Shown: positions 47,092 to 57,141, counted from the first letter of the stretch. The stretch: DNA of 64,000 bases from Dehalococcoidia bacterium (GCA_963663895.2 CAXXRD010000001.1:32001-96000); one strand, 5' to 3'. Made by a program: numbers and translations. Notes: generated from the sequence alone by a model not told the origin.

Positions 47092-49406
47092 CGCAATGCC
47101 TCAACGATGCGTTCGACGTTGGCCCGCACCATGGTGAGGTAGGTGTCGGCGCCGCTGCCCTCCGGCCCAAGGGAACCCGAATAGAGCCGGACCAGCTCCG
47201 CGCCGGTCTCCCGTGCGATGGCTTGCGCCAGCCGCTCGCTGACCGTCGTCTCGCCGAATACTGCCGGGATGCCGTGCTCCAGGACCACCCGGACCACTCC
47301 CTCGACGTGCTCCGCCGAGGGCTCGACGTGCGTCGCCAGCGACGGGATGACCAGCCCAACGATCTCGAACCCGTAGGCCCCTGCAAAGTAGGAGAAGGCG
47401 TCGTGCGATGTGACGAGCAGCCGGCGCTCCGGCGCCACCGTACTGACCTGCTCTTGGATCCAGGCGTGCAGCTCGTCGAGCTGTTGCCCGTATTCCGCAG
47501 CGTTCTGACGGTAGACGCTCGCGCTCTCGGGGTCGATGGCCGCAAGCCGATCGGCGATGGTGTTCACGGCGATCTTCACCCGGAGCGGATCGAACCAGAA
47601 GTGCGGATCCAGAGAGCCGTGGTCGTGGGCGTGCCCGTGCTCGTCCTCTTCGTGGCCGTGTTCGTCTTCGTGCGCGTCGTCATGGTCTGCATGGGGCTCG
47701 TCGCCCGATTCGGCGACTCCGACGAAGGCCAGGCTCGACGGCGCGCCGCCCACGTGCCATTCCTCTTCGATCTCCATGTGTTCGAGGTGGACCCCAAGGA
47801 CATGACCGCTGTTGGGGTCGGCGACGTAGAGCCACTCGCCGACGGCGATCATGGCGGCATTGCCCGCCTCGCCCGGCTCGACTAGATCCATCGTCGCGAC
47901 CAAGTCGCCGTCATGCGCGTCCAGCGCGTGCAGCACGCCGTCGGCGCCGAGCACGTAGAACAGCTCGCCGGCGCTTGAGAACACGGCGCCGGCGCTGGGC
48001 TCGTCGAACACTTGGTGCATTTCGCCGTGCTCTACGTCGATCAGCCAGATGCCATCGTCGGCGAAGTTCTGCCCGTCGAAGTAGAAGGCCTTGCTGAAGA
48101 AATGCTCGACGTGGTGGTGCCCGTAGAGCGACCCGATCCGAGAGTCTTCGCGCATCTCCGGCGGATTGGCGATGAACTCGTGCTCGTACTCGCCGTCGTG
48201 CGCGTGGAGGGAGAGCACGCCGCCGGTGCATCCGAAGGCGGCGCCATGCTCATTGTGGGACTCGCCGTGCATGCCCGGGCATGCGCGGTTGCTGGCGTCG
48301 TAGACGACCCGATCACTGAAGTCGCGGACTTCCACGCCAACAGGCAGGCTGTCGTCGGGGTCGGGATTCTTCGTGGTAATGACGACGTGCTCGTCCGAGA
48401 TGACCAGCGCCGCGCCATGCTGCGGTCCGGCCTCGAACACGACCGGTTCGTAGTCGCCCGTCGAGCTGGCCAGATCCTGCTCGTTGATCAGGATGGCGTG
48501 CCCGTGGGCGTCGGCGAAGATCGCGGTCCAGCCGTGGCTGTTGACGTAGTGGATCGGCTGTTCCTCGGCGATCTCCAGCGCATGGCGGGAGACCGGCTCC
48601 TGGACAAGGTCGTAGTGATCGCCGTGCTCGACCAGGAAGACGCCGCCGTCGAAGACATGGATACGGTCGTCGCCGTCCTCCGGCCCGCGGGCGAGGACGA
48701 TGCCGTAGCGGTGAGTGGGGCTGGCCTTGACGGTCGCGCCGGCCGCGGCGACCTCGAAGATTCCGCTGTCAACGTCATCGGTCGACAGATCGATGACGGA
48801 CAGATGCGCTTCCAGCGCGTCGGCGACGAGCAGGCGCCCCGTGATCTTCTCGCCATGATGGTCGTCCCCGTGCTCGTCCTCGTGGCCGTGCTCGTCCTCG
48901 TGGCCGTGGTCGTCATGCAAATCGGCCGTGGCGAACTCCACAGGATCGACGCCGTCCCCAAGCGCGACGAGCTTGGAGTCATCTGCACTGGCGTTGTGCA
49001 GCAGATCCTCCAGCCAATCGGCCTCCAGGCCGAGACCGACCGTGAAAACGACATCCGCATCCGCCACCTTGGCCACGTCGCGAGGTCCTGGCTGGAATGT
49101 GTGCGGATCGCCACCCGGTGGCAGCAGGCCGAACACCTCGACCCGGTCTCCACCGACCACCCGCGCCCAATCAGCCACAAAGTTGGTGGTGGTCACCACT
49201 TGGACCGGCGGTCCGGAGGGCGCGGCAGCAGGATCATCCGCGCTGGTCGAGGCGGTCGTGGAACGTGCCGCTGCCTGTTCCGTGGCCGCCGCTGTTTGCT
49301 CCGACGGCAGTTCCGGATCCGATCCGTCGCCGCAGGCCGCCACAAGCCCGATCGCGAGCGCCGCGACGAGCCCTCCGAGCAGCTTCCGCTGGATTCCTCT
49401 CATCAT
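47088..49406 (-). CDS. Zn ABC transporter solute-binding lipoprotein (cluster A-I) with internal AztD-like domain
   Basis: Lipobox VAAC; DPHTFQP...DPHFWFDP...TSHDAFSYFA SBP motifs split by a ~380-aa insert between two His/Asp/Glu tracts. Confidence 0.88.
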   Translation of the reverse strand: MMRGIQRKLLGGLVAALAIGLVAACGDGSDPELPSEQTAAATEQAAARSTTASTSADDPAAAPSGPPVQVVTTTNFVADWARVVGGDRVEVFGLLPPGGDPHTFQPGPRDVAKVADADVVFTVGLGLEADWLEDLLHNASADDSKLVALGDGVDPVEFATADLHDDHGHEDEHGHEDEHGDDHHGEKITGRLLVADALEAHLSVIDLSTDDVDSGIFEVAAAGATVKASPTHRYGIVLARGPEDGDDRIHVFDGGVFLVEHGDHYDLVQEPVSRHALEIAEEQPIHYVNSHGWTAIFADAHGHAILINEQDLASSTGDYEPVVFEAGPQHGAALVISDEHVVITTKNPDPDDSLPVGVEVRDFSDRVVYDASNRACPGMHGESHNEHGAAFGCTGGVLSLHAHDGEYEHEFIANPPEMREDSRIGSLYGHHHVEHFFSKAFYFDGQNFADDGIWLIDVEHGEMHQVFDEPSAGAVFSSAGELFYVLGADGVLHALDAHDGDLVATMDLVEPGEAGNAAMIAVGEWLYVADPNSGHVLGVHLEHMEIEEEWHVGGAPSSLAFVGVAESGDEPHADHDDAHEDEHGHEEDEHGHAHDHGSLDPHFWFDPLRVKIAVNTIADRLAAIDPESASVYRQNAAEYGQQLDELHAWIQEQVSTVAPERRLLVTSHDAFSYFAGAYGFEIVGLVIPSLATHVEPSAEHVEGVVRVVLEHGIPAVFGETTVSERLAQAIARETGAELVRLYSGSLGPEGSGADTYLTMVRANVERIVEALR

Positions 49407-49425
49407 GGGTTGCCCTTCTTTCAAC

Positions 49426-49444
49426 AATAAGAACCATTCTTATT
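49426..49444. promoter_or_regulatory. Zur/Fur-type operator
   Basis: Perfect 8-3-8 inverted repeat AATAAGAA-CCA-TTCTTATT about 20 bp upstream of the SBP start. Confidence 0.75.
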
Positions 49445-49752
49445 AGTAGTTTCGTGACGGGCAATCGTAGGTCCGGGCTCAAGATGGGTCAACCACCTAT
49501 GCCGCCGCGGCGTCGTGGAGCGAACACGGCCGGCCTCGGGCGGCGAGAACGCGACCGGGGGCCAGCCGCACACCAGGACGGCATCCAAGTTCAAGGCCGG
49601 GTGCCTGGCCACCAAGGCGTTCCTCAGATCCGGCCCGTCCAGCGGAACGTTCGCAGTACAGTACGTACCGACCCACCAAAATGGACAAGATGAAGAACCT
49701 GCGTGCTCAGGTTTCGTCTGAACGCCGGCCGCAAGAAAGGACATCCCTCTCT

Positions 49753-50622
49753 ATGCCCGCCATCGACCCATACCTCCGGCATGTCGCCAAGGTCCTCGAC
49801 AGCGAGATGGCGTACGTGGACACGGGCGCCGGGGACCCGATGGTGTTCCTCCACGGAAACCCCACCTCGTCCTACTTGTGGCGGAACGTCATCCCGCATC
49901 TGGCAGAGCACGCGCGCTGCCTGGCTCCCGATCTGATCGGCATGGGAGACTCGGGCAAATCGTCCGACGGCTCGTACCGGTTCGTGGACCACGCCAGATA
50001 CCTGGACGCCTGGTTCGACGCCCTGGCACTCAGCGAGCGGGTCGTCCTGGTGACGCACGACTGGGGCTCGGCATTGGGCTTCCACTGGGCCTGTGAGCAC
50101 CCCGAGCGCGTCAAGGGCATCGCCTATATGGAGGGGGTGGTGCGGCCGTTGCAGTGGTCCGAGTGGCCGGAGCCTTCGCGCAGAATCTTCCAGGCGATGC
50201 GCGCGCCGACGGGCGAGGAGATCGTGCTCCAGAAGAACGTCTTCGTCGAGCGCATCCTCCCCGCCAGCATCATGCGCACCCTGACCGCTGAGGAGTTCGC
50301 GACCTACTGCCGCCCCTACCTGGAGCCCGGCGAATCGCGCCGCCCCACGCTCACCTGGCCTCGGGAGATCCCGTTCGACGGCGAGCCCGCCGACGTAGCC
50401 GCGACCGTGCAACGCTACGCGGACTGGCTCGCAGGCAGCGACCAGTTGCCCAAGCTGTTCATCAACGCCGACCCCGGCGTCATCCTCGTGGGCGCGCAAC
50501 GGGAGTTCTGCCGGACCTGGCCCAATCAGCGCGAGGTGACGGTGCAGGGGCTGCACTTTATCCAGGAGGACTCTCCCGACGCAATCGGCCAAGCGATCGC
50601 CGAGTGGTACGCGTCTCTTTGA
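49753..50622 (+). CDS. Haloalkane dehalogenase (DhaA/LinB-like)
   Basis: [22 protein letters not shown] (Asp nucleophile), [19 protein letters not shown]. Confidence 0.93.
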   Translation: MPAIDPYLRHVAKVLDSEMAYVDTGAGDPMVFLHGNPTSSYLWRNVIPHLAEHARCLAPDLIGMGDSGKSSDGSYRFVDHARYLDAWFDALALSERVVLVTHDWGSALGFHWACEHPERVKGIAYMEGVVRPLQWSEWPEPSRRIFQAMRAPTGEEIVLQKNVFVERILPASIMRTLTAEEFATYCRPYLEPGESRRPTLTWPREIPFDGEPADVAATVQRYADWLAGSDQLPKLFINADPGVILVGAQREFCRTWPNQREVTVQGLHFIQEDSPDAIGQAIAEWYASL

Positions 50623-50902
50623 GGTGGAGTGCGTCGACAGGACCGGCGGACGGGCGCGTGTGCCGGCGCATGCCGTTGGCGCGGGCCGGAAACGATAGCG
50701 AGCGGGGATGAAGATGACGGGCGGTGGCGGCGGGGGGGGATCCTGCGATCCTGCCGGCTGCGTGCTGATCGCGGGCTCGCCGCCGTATGCTCTGCGCGAT
50801 CCTCGGACGGGAGTGACTCCCAGCGGTCTCGAAGCGCCCCGCCCGACCAGCTAGGCTTAGCAGCGTCGGGCCGAGCGGGTCCGCCCGAAAGGAGCTGTCC
50901 GC

Positions 50903-52693
50903 ATGGCAGAAGCCTCGACTTCCTCCAGCCGTCTCCAGATCGACCCGATCACCTTTGAGGTCCTGCGCAACGCCTTCATCGCCGTCTGCAACGAGATGGC
51001 GCTCGTCGTGCAGCAAACCGCCTACTCCACAGCGGTGAACGAGGGCCATGACTTCTCGGGGTCCCTCTACGACCGCCACGGCAAGCTCGTCTCGCAAGGC
51101 GAGTTCGACTTGCCGGCCTTCGTAGGGATCACGCAGTTGACCGTGCCGGAGGTTGTCCGCGCCGTCGGGATCGAAAACATCAAAGAGGGCGACATCTACA
51201 TCATCAACGACCCCTACGTCGCCAGCACGCACTGCAACGACGTACACGTGGTGAAGCCGATCTTCCATGCAGGCGGCCTGGTGGGGTTCGTCACGTCGAC
51301 CGCGCACTGGTCGGACGTCGGCGGGATCTATCCGGGGTCATTGAACGCGCGGGCGCGGACCCACTTCGAAGAAGGGATCCGGATTCCCGCCATTCGGATC
51401 CACCGCGAGGGCAAGCTGAACAACGACGTGCTGCAGATCCTGCTCGCGAACATGCGCGAGGGTTGGGAGCGCGTGGGCGATCTGAATTCCCAAGTGGCCG
51501 CGGTGAACGTGGGCGAGTCGCGCGTGCAGGCGATCATCCAGAAGCACGGCGCCGCGCGGATGATGGAGACCATGGCGGAAGTGCAGGATCACTCGGAACG
51601 GCTGGCGCGGGCGGCCTGGTCCGCCATCCCGGACGGCGTCTACACGGGCGAAGATCACATCGATAAGGACATCTACACCGGCGAGCCGGTGACCGTGCGG
51701 CTGAAGCTCCGGGTCGAAGGCGATCACGCCATCTTCGACTTCACGGAGAGCGACGGCCCCGCACAGGCGGCGATCAACTGCACCATCGCCGGCACGACCT
51801 CGGGCATCTTCATCTCGGCGGCCTCCATCCTGCCGCCCATGCCGATGAACGCCGGCGTCATGCGCACCATTGAGATTCAGGCAAAACGCGGTTCGATCGT
51901 CTGGGCGGAGCCGCCGGTGGCGGTGTCCGGGCTGGCGGCGACGAGCCTCGAGATGGTGATTAGCTCGGTCATGCAGGCGCTCACCAAGGCGACGCCCGAG
52001 CGCGGCGTGGCGACGCCCTACAGCATCCTCAACACGATCTTCGCCGGCAGCGACCAACGGCCCGAGTTCGCCGCCGACTTCATCAACTACGTCTGGAGCT
52101 TCGGCGGCTGGGGCGCCACCAAGTACAAGGACGGTCCCAACGCCGTGGGGTCCGCCTACGCCGGCGGAACGCAGAACGTGCCCTGCGAGATCCAGGAGCG
52201 GCGCTACCCTCTCGTCTGGCGCCGCTATCAGCTCGTGCCGGATACGGGCGGCCCCGGGCGCTCACGCGGCGGGCTCGGCTTGGATCAGCTGATGGAGTTC
52301 CCTTACGGTCCGGGCACGCTCTCCTGCGTGGGCGACCGCGAGGTGTTCGGACCGCCCGGCGCCTTTGGCGGCGGCCAAGGAGCGCTCGCCGGCCTCTCCG
52401 TCAACAAAGGCACCGCGAGCGAGCGCAATATCGGCATCTTCTGCTCCGGCGAGAAGATCGTCCCCGGGGAGACGGCCTCGTTCTGGTCCGCGGGCGGCGG
52501 GGGCTTCGGCGACCCGCTGGAGCGGCCGATCGAAGCCGTCCTTGAAGACATCCAGGATGACTACGTGACGACCGCCGCCGCCCGTTCGCAGTACGGCGTG
52601 GTGGTGCAGGAGATCGACCGGCGCCGTCTCGAATATCGTATCGACCAGGATGCGACGGCCAAGCTGCGGGCGGAGCTGCGCGCCGCAAGGTAG
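50903..52693 (+). CDS. Hydantoinase B/oxoprolinase family protein
   Basis: IDPITFEVLRN, NDPY...HCND, AHWSDVGG, GGGGFGDPLER. Confidence 0.92.
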   Translation: MAEASTSSSRLQIDPITFEVLRNAFIAVCNEMALVVQQTAYSTAVNEGHDFSGSLYDRHGKLVSQGEFDLPAFVGITQLTVPEVVRAVGIENIKEGDIYIINDPYVASTHCNDVHVVKPIFHAGGLVGFVTSTAHWSDVGGIYPGSLNARARTHFEEGIRIPAIRIHREGKLNNDVLQILLANMREGWERVGDLNSQVAAVNVGESRVQAIIQKHGAARMMETMAEVQDHSERLARAAWSAIPDGVYTGEDHIDKDIYTGEPVTVRLKLRVEGDHAIFDFTESDGPAQAAINCTIAGTTSGIFISAASILPPMPMNAGVMRTIEIQAKRGSIVWAEPPVAVSGLAATSLEMVISSVMQALTKATPERGVATPYSILNTIFAGSDQRPEFAADFINYVWSFGGWGATKYKDGPNAVGSAYAGGTQNVPCEIQERRYPLVWRRYQLVPDTGGPGRSRGGLGLDQLMEFPYGPGTLSCVGDREVFGPPGAFGGGQGALAGLSVNKGTASERNIGIFCSGEKIVPGETASFWSAGGGGFGDPLERPIEAVLEDIQDDYVTTAAARSQYGVVVQEIDRRRLEYRIDQDATAKLRAELRAAR

Positions 52694-52731
52694 ACCGCGG
52701 CAGGGGCTATGATCGCGGCGGCGGCGCAGTG

Positions 52732-52807
52732 CCCCCCGTAGCTCAGCGGATTAGAGCGGTGGTTTCCTAAACCATGTGCGCAGGTTCGATTCCTGCCGGG
52801 GGGACCA
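52732..52807 (+). tRNA. tRNA-Arg(CCT)
   Basis: GTGGT-TTCCTAA-ACCAT arm; CCCCCCG/CGGGGGG acceptor. Confidence 0.92.
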
Positions 52808-52817
52808 AGCGCCTCCG

Positions 52818-53621
52818 TCAGCGGCGGCCGCGCGCCAGGTAGACGCGCACAGCCATCGTGAGACCGTCGGAGAGCGCCGCCAGATCCTCGCGGTGCGCGG
52901 CCAGGATCGCCTCGCGCTTCTCAGCGGCGACGCTGTCGAAGCGCAACAGGAAAGCGAAGGCCCGCGCCAGCCGCCACCAGGCGTCAAAGGTTGGCAGCGT
53001 GACCTCCAGCGTGTGGTCTTCGATCTCGATCTCGTCGAACTCGGCGCGCAGCAGCCACTGGGCGACCGTCGCCGGCGCTTCGCCGAACGGTCGATGGATG
53101 AGAGGCGCCTCGAACCGTTCGAGCGTCGCTTGCAAGCGCTCTCCAAGCGGCGCCAGGAACGGATCCGCCCAGACGGTCGCGAGCAGGCGGCCCTCCGGCC
53201 GCAGGATGCGCGCGGCTTCGCGGACGACATGGACGGGCTCCTCGATATAGGGGAGGCCAAAGCCACAGAGCACCGCATCCACGCTGTGATCCGCGAAGTC
53301 GAGTCGGGCAGCGTCGGCCTGGACGAAGCGAAGCTTGCCCGCCGTCTCGGCTGCGGCGCCGCGCGCCAGGCGCAGCTGCGCCTCCGCGACATCGACCCCC
53401 ACCACCTCCCCTCCGGGGTCCACCTGCGGCGCCGCCCGCAGCGCCACGGTGCCCGGTCCGGTGGCAACGTCAACGATGCGCTGGCCGGGCTGCAAGGCCG
53501 CGCGATCCAGCAACAGCTCCGTGAAGTGCGGGAGAAAGCAGGCGCCGGCCGCGGCGTAATCGGCGCCCGTGTCATTGAAGGCGCGCGCGACCTGTTTCGT
53601 GAGCATGCGCGCGACGACCAT
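52818..53621 (-). CDS. Class I SAM-dependent methyltransferase
   Basis: IVDVATGPG, VVGVDVA, FADHSVDAV, LRPEGRL. Confidence 0.9.
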   Translation of the reverse strand: MVVARMLTKQVARAFNDTGADYAAAGACFLPHFTELLLDRAALQPGQRIVDVATGPGTVALRAAPQVDPGGEVVGVDVAEAQLRLARGAAAETAGKLRFVQADAARLDFADHSVDAVLCGFGLPYIEEPVHVVREAARILRPEGRLLATVWADPFLAPLGERLQATLERFEAPLIHRPFGEAPATVAQWLLRAEFDEIEIEDHTLEVTLPTFDAWWRLARAFAFLLRFDSVAAEKREAILAAHREDLAALSDGLTMAVRVYLARGRR

Positions 53622-53702
53622 GCACGGACCTCGTTTCCCATGGAATCCGCCACGGCCGGAAGAGCCAAGAAGATTGGGTTATACTGCACCAGGCACGCGC
53701 AG

Positions 53703-53779
53703 AGGAGTGTAGCTCAGTTTGGCAGAGCAACGGTCTCCAAAACCGTAGGCCGGGGGTTCGAGTCCCTCCACTCCTGCCA
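53703..53779 (+). tRNA. tRNA-Trp(CCA)
   Basis: ACGGT-CTCCAAA-ACCGT arm. Confidence 0.96.
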
Positions 53780-53802
53780 GGGCGGGCCGACGCCAGACTT
53801 TC

Positions 53803-53890
53803 GCCGAGGTGGTGGAACTGGTAGACACGCAGCGTTGAGGGCGCTGTGCTCGTTAAGGGCGTAGGAGTTCGAGTCTCCTCCTCGGCACCA
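53803..53890 (+). tRNA. tRNA-Leu(GAG)
   Basis: CAGCG-TTGAGGG-CGCTG arm, long variable arm. Confidence 0.95.
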
Positions 53891-53920
53891 AGTCCCCCAG
53901 AGTGCTTGGGGGCGCAGCGG

Positions 53921-53995
53921 GCGGAAGTGGCGCAGCGGTAGCGCGTCTCCTTGCCAAGGAGAAGGTCGCGGGTTCAAATCCCGTCTTCCGCTCCA
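53921..53995 (+). tRNA. tRNA-Gly(GCC)
   Basis: TCTCC-TTGCCAA-GGAGA arm. Confidence 0.96.
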
Positions 53996-54006
53996 AATCC
54001 TCTTGC

Positions 54007-54080
<74 letters not shown>

Positions 54081-54108
54081 CCCGTCTTGAATCACTCCGG
54101 CAGACAAG

Positions 54109-54462
54109 TCACTGCCGGACATGAGCCTCCCAAAAACTCCGGTAGTCCCGGCGGACTTTGTCGACGTATGGGCGCCGCTGGCTGACTAACTCCTCCTGCG
54201 AGAGCCCTTCAAACTGGATTCCCCGCTCTTTGGCACGACGAAAGTACTGGTTGTCGGCGACATTGCAGAACTGGCATGCGGTTACGATGAAGTCCGGATC
54301 GTCCCGCTTTGGATGGCCCTTGGGAAGAAGATGGTCCTCAGAGAGTGACAACCAACTCGCGAACGCTTCCTTGCCGTCAAGACCACAGTAACGACAAATA
54401 AATTTGTCTCGCTGCATTGTCGGAAAAGCATACCCTCGTAGAGAGTCATCGAATTTTCCCAC
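54109..54462 (-). CDS. Small HNH endonuclease-family protein
   Basis: CRYCG...EDHLLP...VTACQFCN; visibly AT-richer than its neighbours. Confidence 0.8.
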   Translation of the reverse strand: MGKFDDSLRGYAFPTMQRDKFICRYCGLDGKEAFASWLSLSEDHLLPKGHPKRDDPDFIVTACQFCNVADNQYFRRAKERGIQFEGLSQEELVSQRRPYVDKVRRDYRSFWEAHVRQ

Positions 54463-54643
54463 GGCCTTTTCAACTCCCTTTCCTGTCTGAAAGCCTCCAG
54501 TCGGTTAACGGCCAACCAAAGCTAGGTGCCGTGCGTCGAACGAACTAGCGGTAGGTAAACGGGATCGAGGAGCACTCAAGCGTAGGCCAGTGTGACCGGA
54601 ACTGGACACGAACTACCCTGTGACTGAGTGGGAATTAGCGGCA

Positions 54644-55318
54644 ATGAGCGCACCCCTGAACTGGAACGCGCAGCTAGCGGCGATCACCGAAGAGCACGAA
54701 CCGCTGTTCCCCGCCGCCCTCATGGCGCGCGAGGAGCGCATGATCGCCGAGGTCAAGGCGGCGGGCACCGCGGACGGTCTCGCGGTCGGCGAGCAGGCGC
54801 CCGACTTCACGCTGGATAACGTCGCCGGCGGACGCTTCACGCTCTCCCAACACCTGCGCGGCGGAATCTCCGTGCTGAACTTCTACCGCGGGCAATGGTG
54901 CGTCTACTGCTCCTTCGAGCTGCGCGGCCTCCTCGAGATCCAGCCGACGGTCCGCCGGCAGGGCGCGGAGATCGTCATGATCTCGACCGAGCCCCGCACG
55001 GCCGCAACGGCGTTCGCGGCCGCGGATCCGACGCGGACGCCCGTCCTGCACGACGCCGACGGCGCCGTCGCACGGGCCTACAAGCTCCTCTACACGATCC
55101 CCGAGGATCTCCGCGCTTGGTGGATTCAGTACGACCAGGACCTGCCGGAGCTCAACCCCGCAGGCGGCTGGAACCTGCCGGTGCCGGGGACGTTTGTCGT
55201 GGACCCGGACGGGATCATTCGCGCGCGCCACGTCGACATGGACTGGCGCAAGCGGATGGACCCGCGCGACGTGCGCGCGGCGGTGCGCCGGATCGCCGCG
55301 GAGATGCTCCAGCGGTAA
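54644..55318 (+). CDS. Peroxiredoxin-like AhpC/TSA family protein
   Basis: GEQAPDFTL, FYRGQWCVYC, LPVPGTFVVD. Confidence 0.9.
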   Translation: MSAPLNWNAQLAAITEEHEPLFPAALMAREERMIAEVKAAGTADGLAVGEQAPDFTLDNVAGGRFTLSQHLRGGISVLNFYRGQWCVYCSFELRGLLEIQPTVRRQGAEIVMISTEPRTAATAFAAADPTRTPVLHDADGAVARAYKLLYTIPEDLRAWWIQYDQDLPELNPAGGWNLPVPGTFVVDPDGIIRARHVDMDWRKRMDPRDVRAAVRRIAAEMLQR

Positions 55319-55334
55319 ACGCGCGCCGGATCCC

Positions 55335-56651
55335 CTAAGGCGAAGCCTCCGATGAAAGGCGCTGCGGCACGGGTGCGGGCAGCGCGGGCGGCAATCGCGT
55401 CGCCAAGAGGAACAGCAGACCGGCACAGCCGAACACCGCCAGCACCATCACGATCGCCAAGTCGTACTCGCCGGTGGCGTCGAAGATGGCGCCGGAGGCC
55501 GTCGGGCCGATGAGCATGCCGACCGTCTCGGCGACCGTGACGACGCCGTAGATCGTGGCGAAATGGGCCACGCCGAAGGAGCGCGTCAGCACGAGCGCTT
55601 GCAGCATCGCTCCACCGCTCCCGAACGAGATCACGAACAGCGTCAAGAACACCGCGATCGCGACCGGGCTCGTGTCCACCAGCAGGATCGCGAACGCCAC
55701 CGCAATGATCAGGTTGATGAGCGCGCCGCCGTATTCGAGCTTGCGAAACCGGTCGGCGAGCAGGCCCGCGCCCAGCCGGGAAAAGATGGCGAAGCCGGCG
55801 GTCATTGAGGTGAGACCAGCCGCCCAGCCGGGCGAGATGCCGACGGACTCGTAAAACGGCACGGAATGGACGATCCAGGAGACCATCGCGAAGGCGTAGA
55901 GGGTGAATCCAAAGGTGACCGCCCAGAAGAGACTGGTCCGCATCGCCTGGCCCAGCGTGAGCCCGGTCCGGCTGGCCGGGACCGGGGTACGCGGCCCTCC
56001 CTCTGGCCGCGCCACCGCATCCGCGCCGGGCGGCGGATCGTTGCGTATCACGATGAGGACGAGGGGAAGCAGGATCGCGGCCAACACGATGCTGATCGCA
56101 ATGAAGGCGCCGTCCCATTCGAGAGCATCGATCAGGACGCGCACGATCGGCACGAGCACCACCGCGCCCACCATCAATCCGGTCCCGGTGATGGCGATGG
56201 CGACGCTGCGGCGCCGCACGAACCAGCGCGAGGTCAGGGCCATGAACGGGACGAGGAAGATGAAGGTGCGGAAGCCTCCGTTCAAGGCCATGAACAGGTA
56301 CCACTGCCACTGGGCGTCGGTGGTGGCGAGGAGCAGGTAGGTTCCAGCCGTGCCGGCGATCCCGATGAAGAGGGAGAGCCGCGGCCCCTTGCGGTCGACG
56401 AGACGTCCTACGATCGGTCCGGCGATCCCCGCCGTCAGGAGCGACAGCGATACGCCCAAGGAGACGGCCGCGCGCGACCAGCCAAACTGCTCTTCCAAGG
56501 GCTCGATGAAGAGCCCGAATGACCAGAACGAGACGCCGTTGACGACGCCCACCCCCACGAAGGAGGCGGTCAGAACCCACCAGCCGTAGTAGGTGCGCGT
56601 CTTGCGGGCCGTCGCGGGAACGTCGAACGGCGCGCGCGCAGGATCGGTCAG
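55335..56651 (-). CDS. MFS transporter (OFA/MCT-like), probable CTG start
   Basis: YYGWWVL N-terminus, GRLVDRKGPR motif A, about 12 TM segments. Confidence 0.9.
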   Translation of the reverse strand: MTDPARAPFDVPATARKTRTYYGWWVLTASFVGVGVVNGVSFWSFGLFIEPLEEQFGWSRAAVSLGVSLSLLTAGIAGPIVGRLVDRKGPRLSLFIGIAGTAGTYLLLATTDAQWQWYLFMALNGGFRTFIFLVPFMALTSRWFVRRRSVAIAITGTGLMVGAVVLVPIVRVLIDALEWDGAFIAISIVLAAILLPLVLIVIRNDPPPGADAVARPEGGPRTPVPASRTGLTLGQAMRTSLFWAVTFGFTLYAFAMVSWIVHSVPFYESVGISPGWAAGLTSMTAGFAIFSRLGAGLLADRFRKLEYGGALINLIIAVAFAILLVDTSPVAIAVFLTLFVISFGSGGAMLQALVLTRSFGVAHFATIYGVVTVAETVGMLIGPTASGAIFDATGEYDLAIVMVLAVFGCAGLLFLLATRLPPALPAPVPQRLSSEASP

Positions 56652-56938
56652 GCTGTCCTCCTCCGCCGGTTCCCGCTCAGCCTAGAGAGGTGCGGAGGCA
56701 TGGAGCGGCGCACTGTCACGCCGGACAACCTCACGCCGGGCAAACTGCTGATCGCATCTGGCGGCGGACGACCGTTGGTCAGGCACGACCTCTCCCGCGC
56801 GAGGCGACCGCACGCGGGCAGGGGCAAGCCGGTTGATTCTGCTTGCGGAGAGCGACCTAAGTGTGCGAGTGGCGGCCGGGATCTATTGGCTGGTCAAGGG
56901 AGCGATTTTGGCGTTTCATAGATGCGTCCGGCGCAGTG

Positions 56939-57024
56939 GCCGGGATGGCGGAATTGGTAGACGCGGCGGACTTAAAATCCGCTGGCCTTGCGCCGTGTGG
57001 GTTCGAATCCCGCTCCCGGCACCA
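56939..57024 (+). tRNA. tRNA-Leu(TAA)
   Basis: GCGGA-CTTAAAA-TCCGC arm, long variable arm. Confidence 0.95.
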
Positions 57025-57141
57025 CCAAAAATACGTATGCTTAACGATACCGGCCGGGGAAGTGGAATCAGGCGCGCCGGCCGTGTCAGCAATGTGCGGC
57101 ACGACGCTCCGATCTCGCCGTCACGCGCAAAGGGAGAGCTT

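Noticed and set aside
56833-57141. N-terminal extension of the 842-aa protease ORF
   Set aside because: Runs through tRNA-Leu(TAA); ATG 57142 has an RBS and begins a signal peptide.
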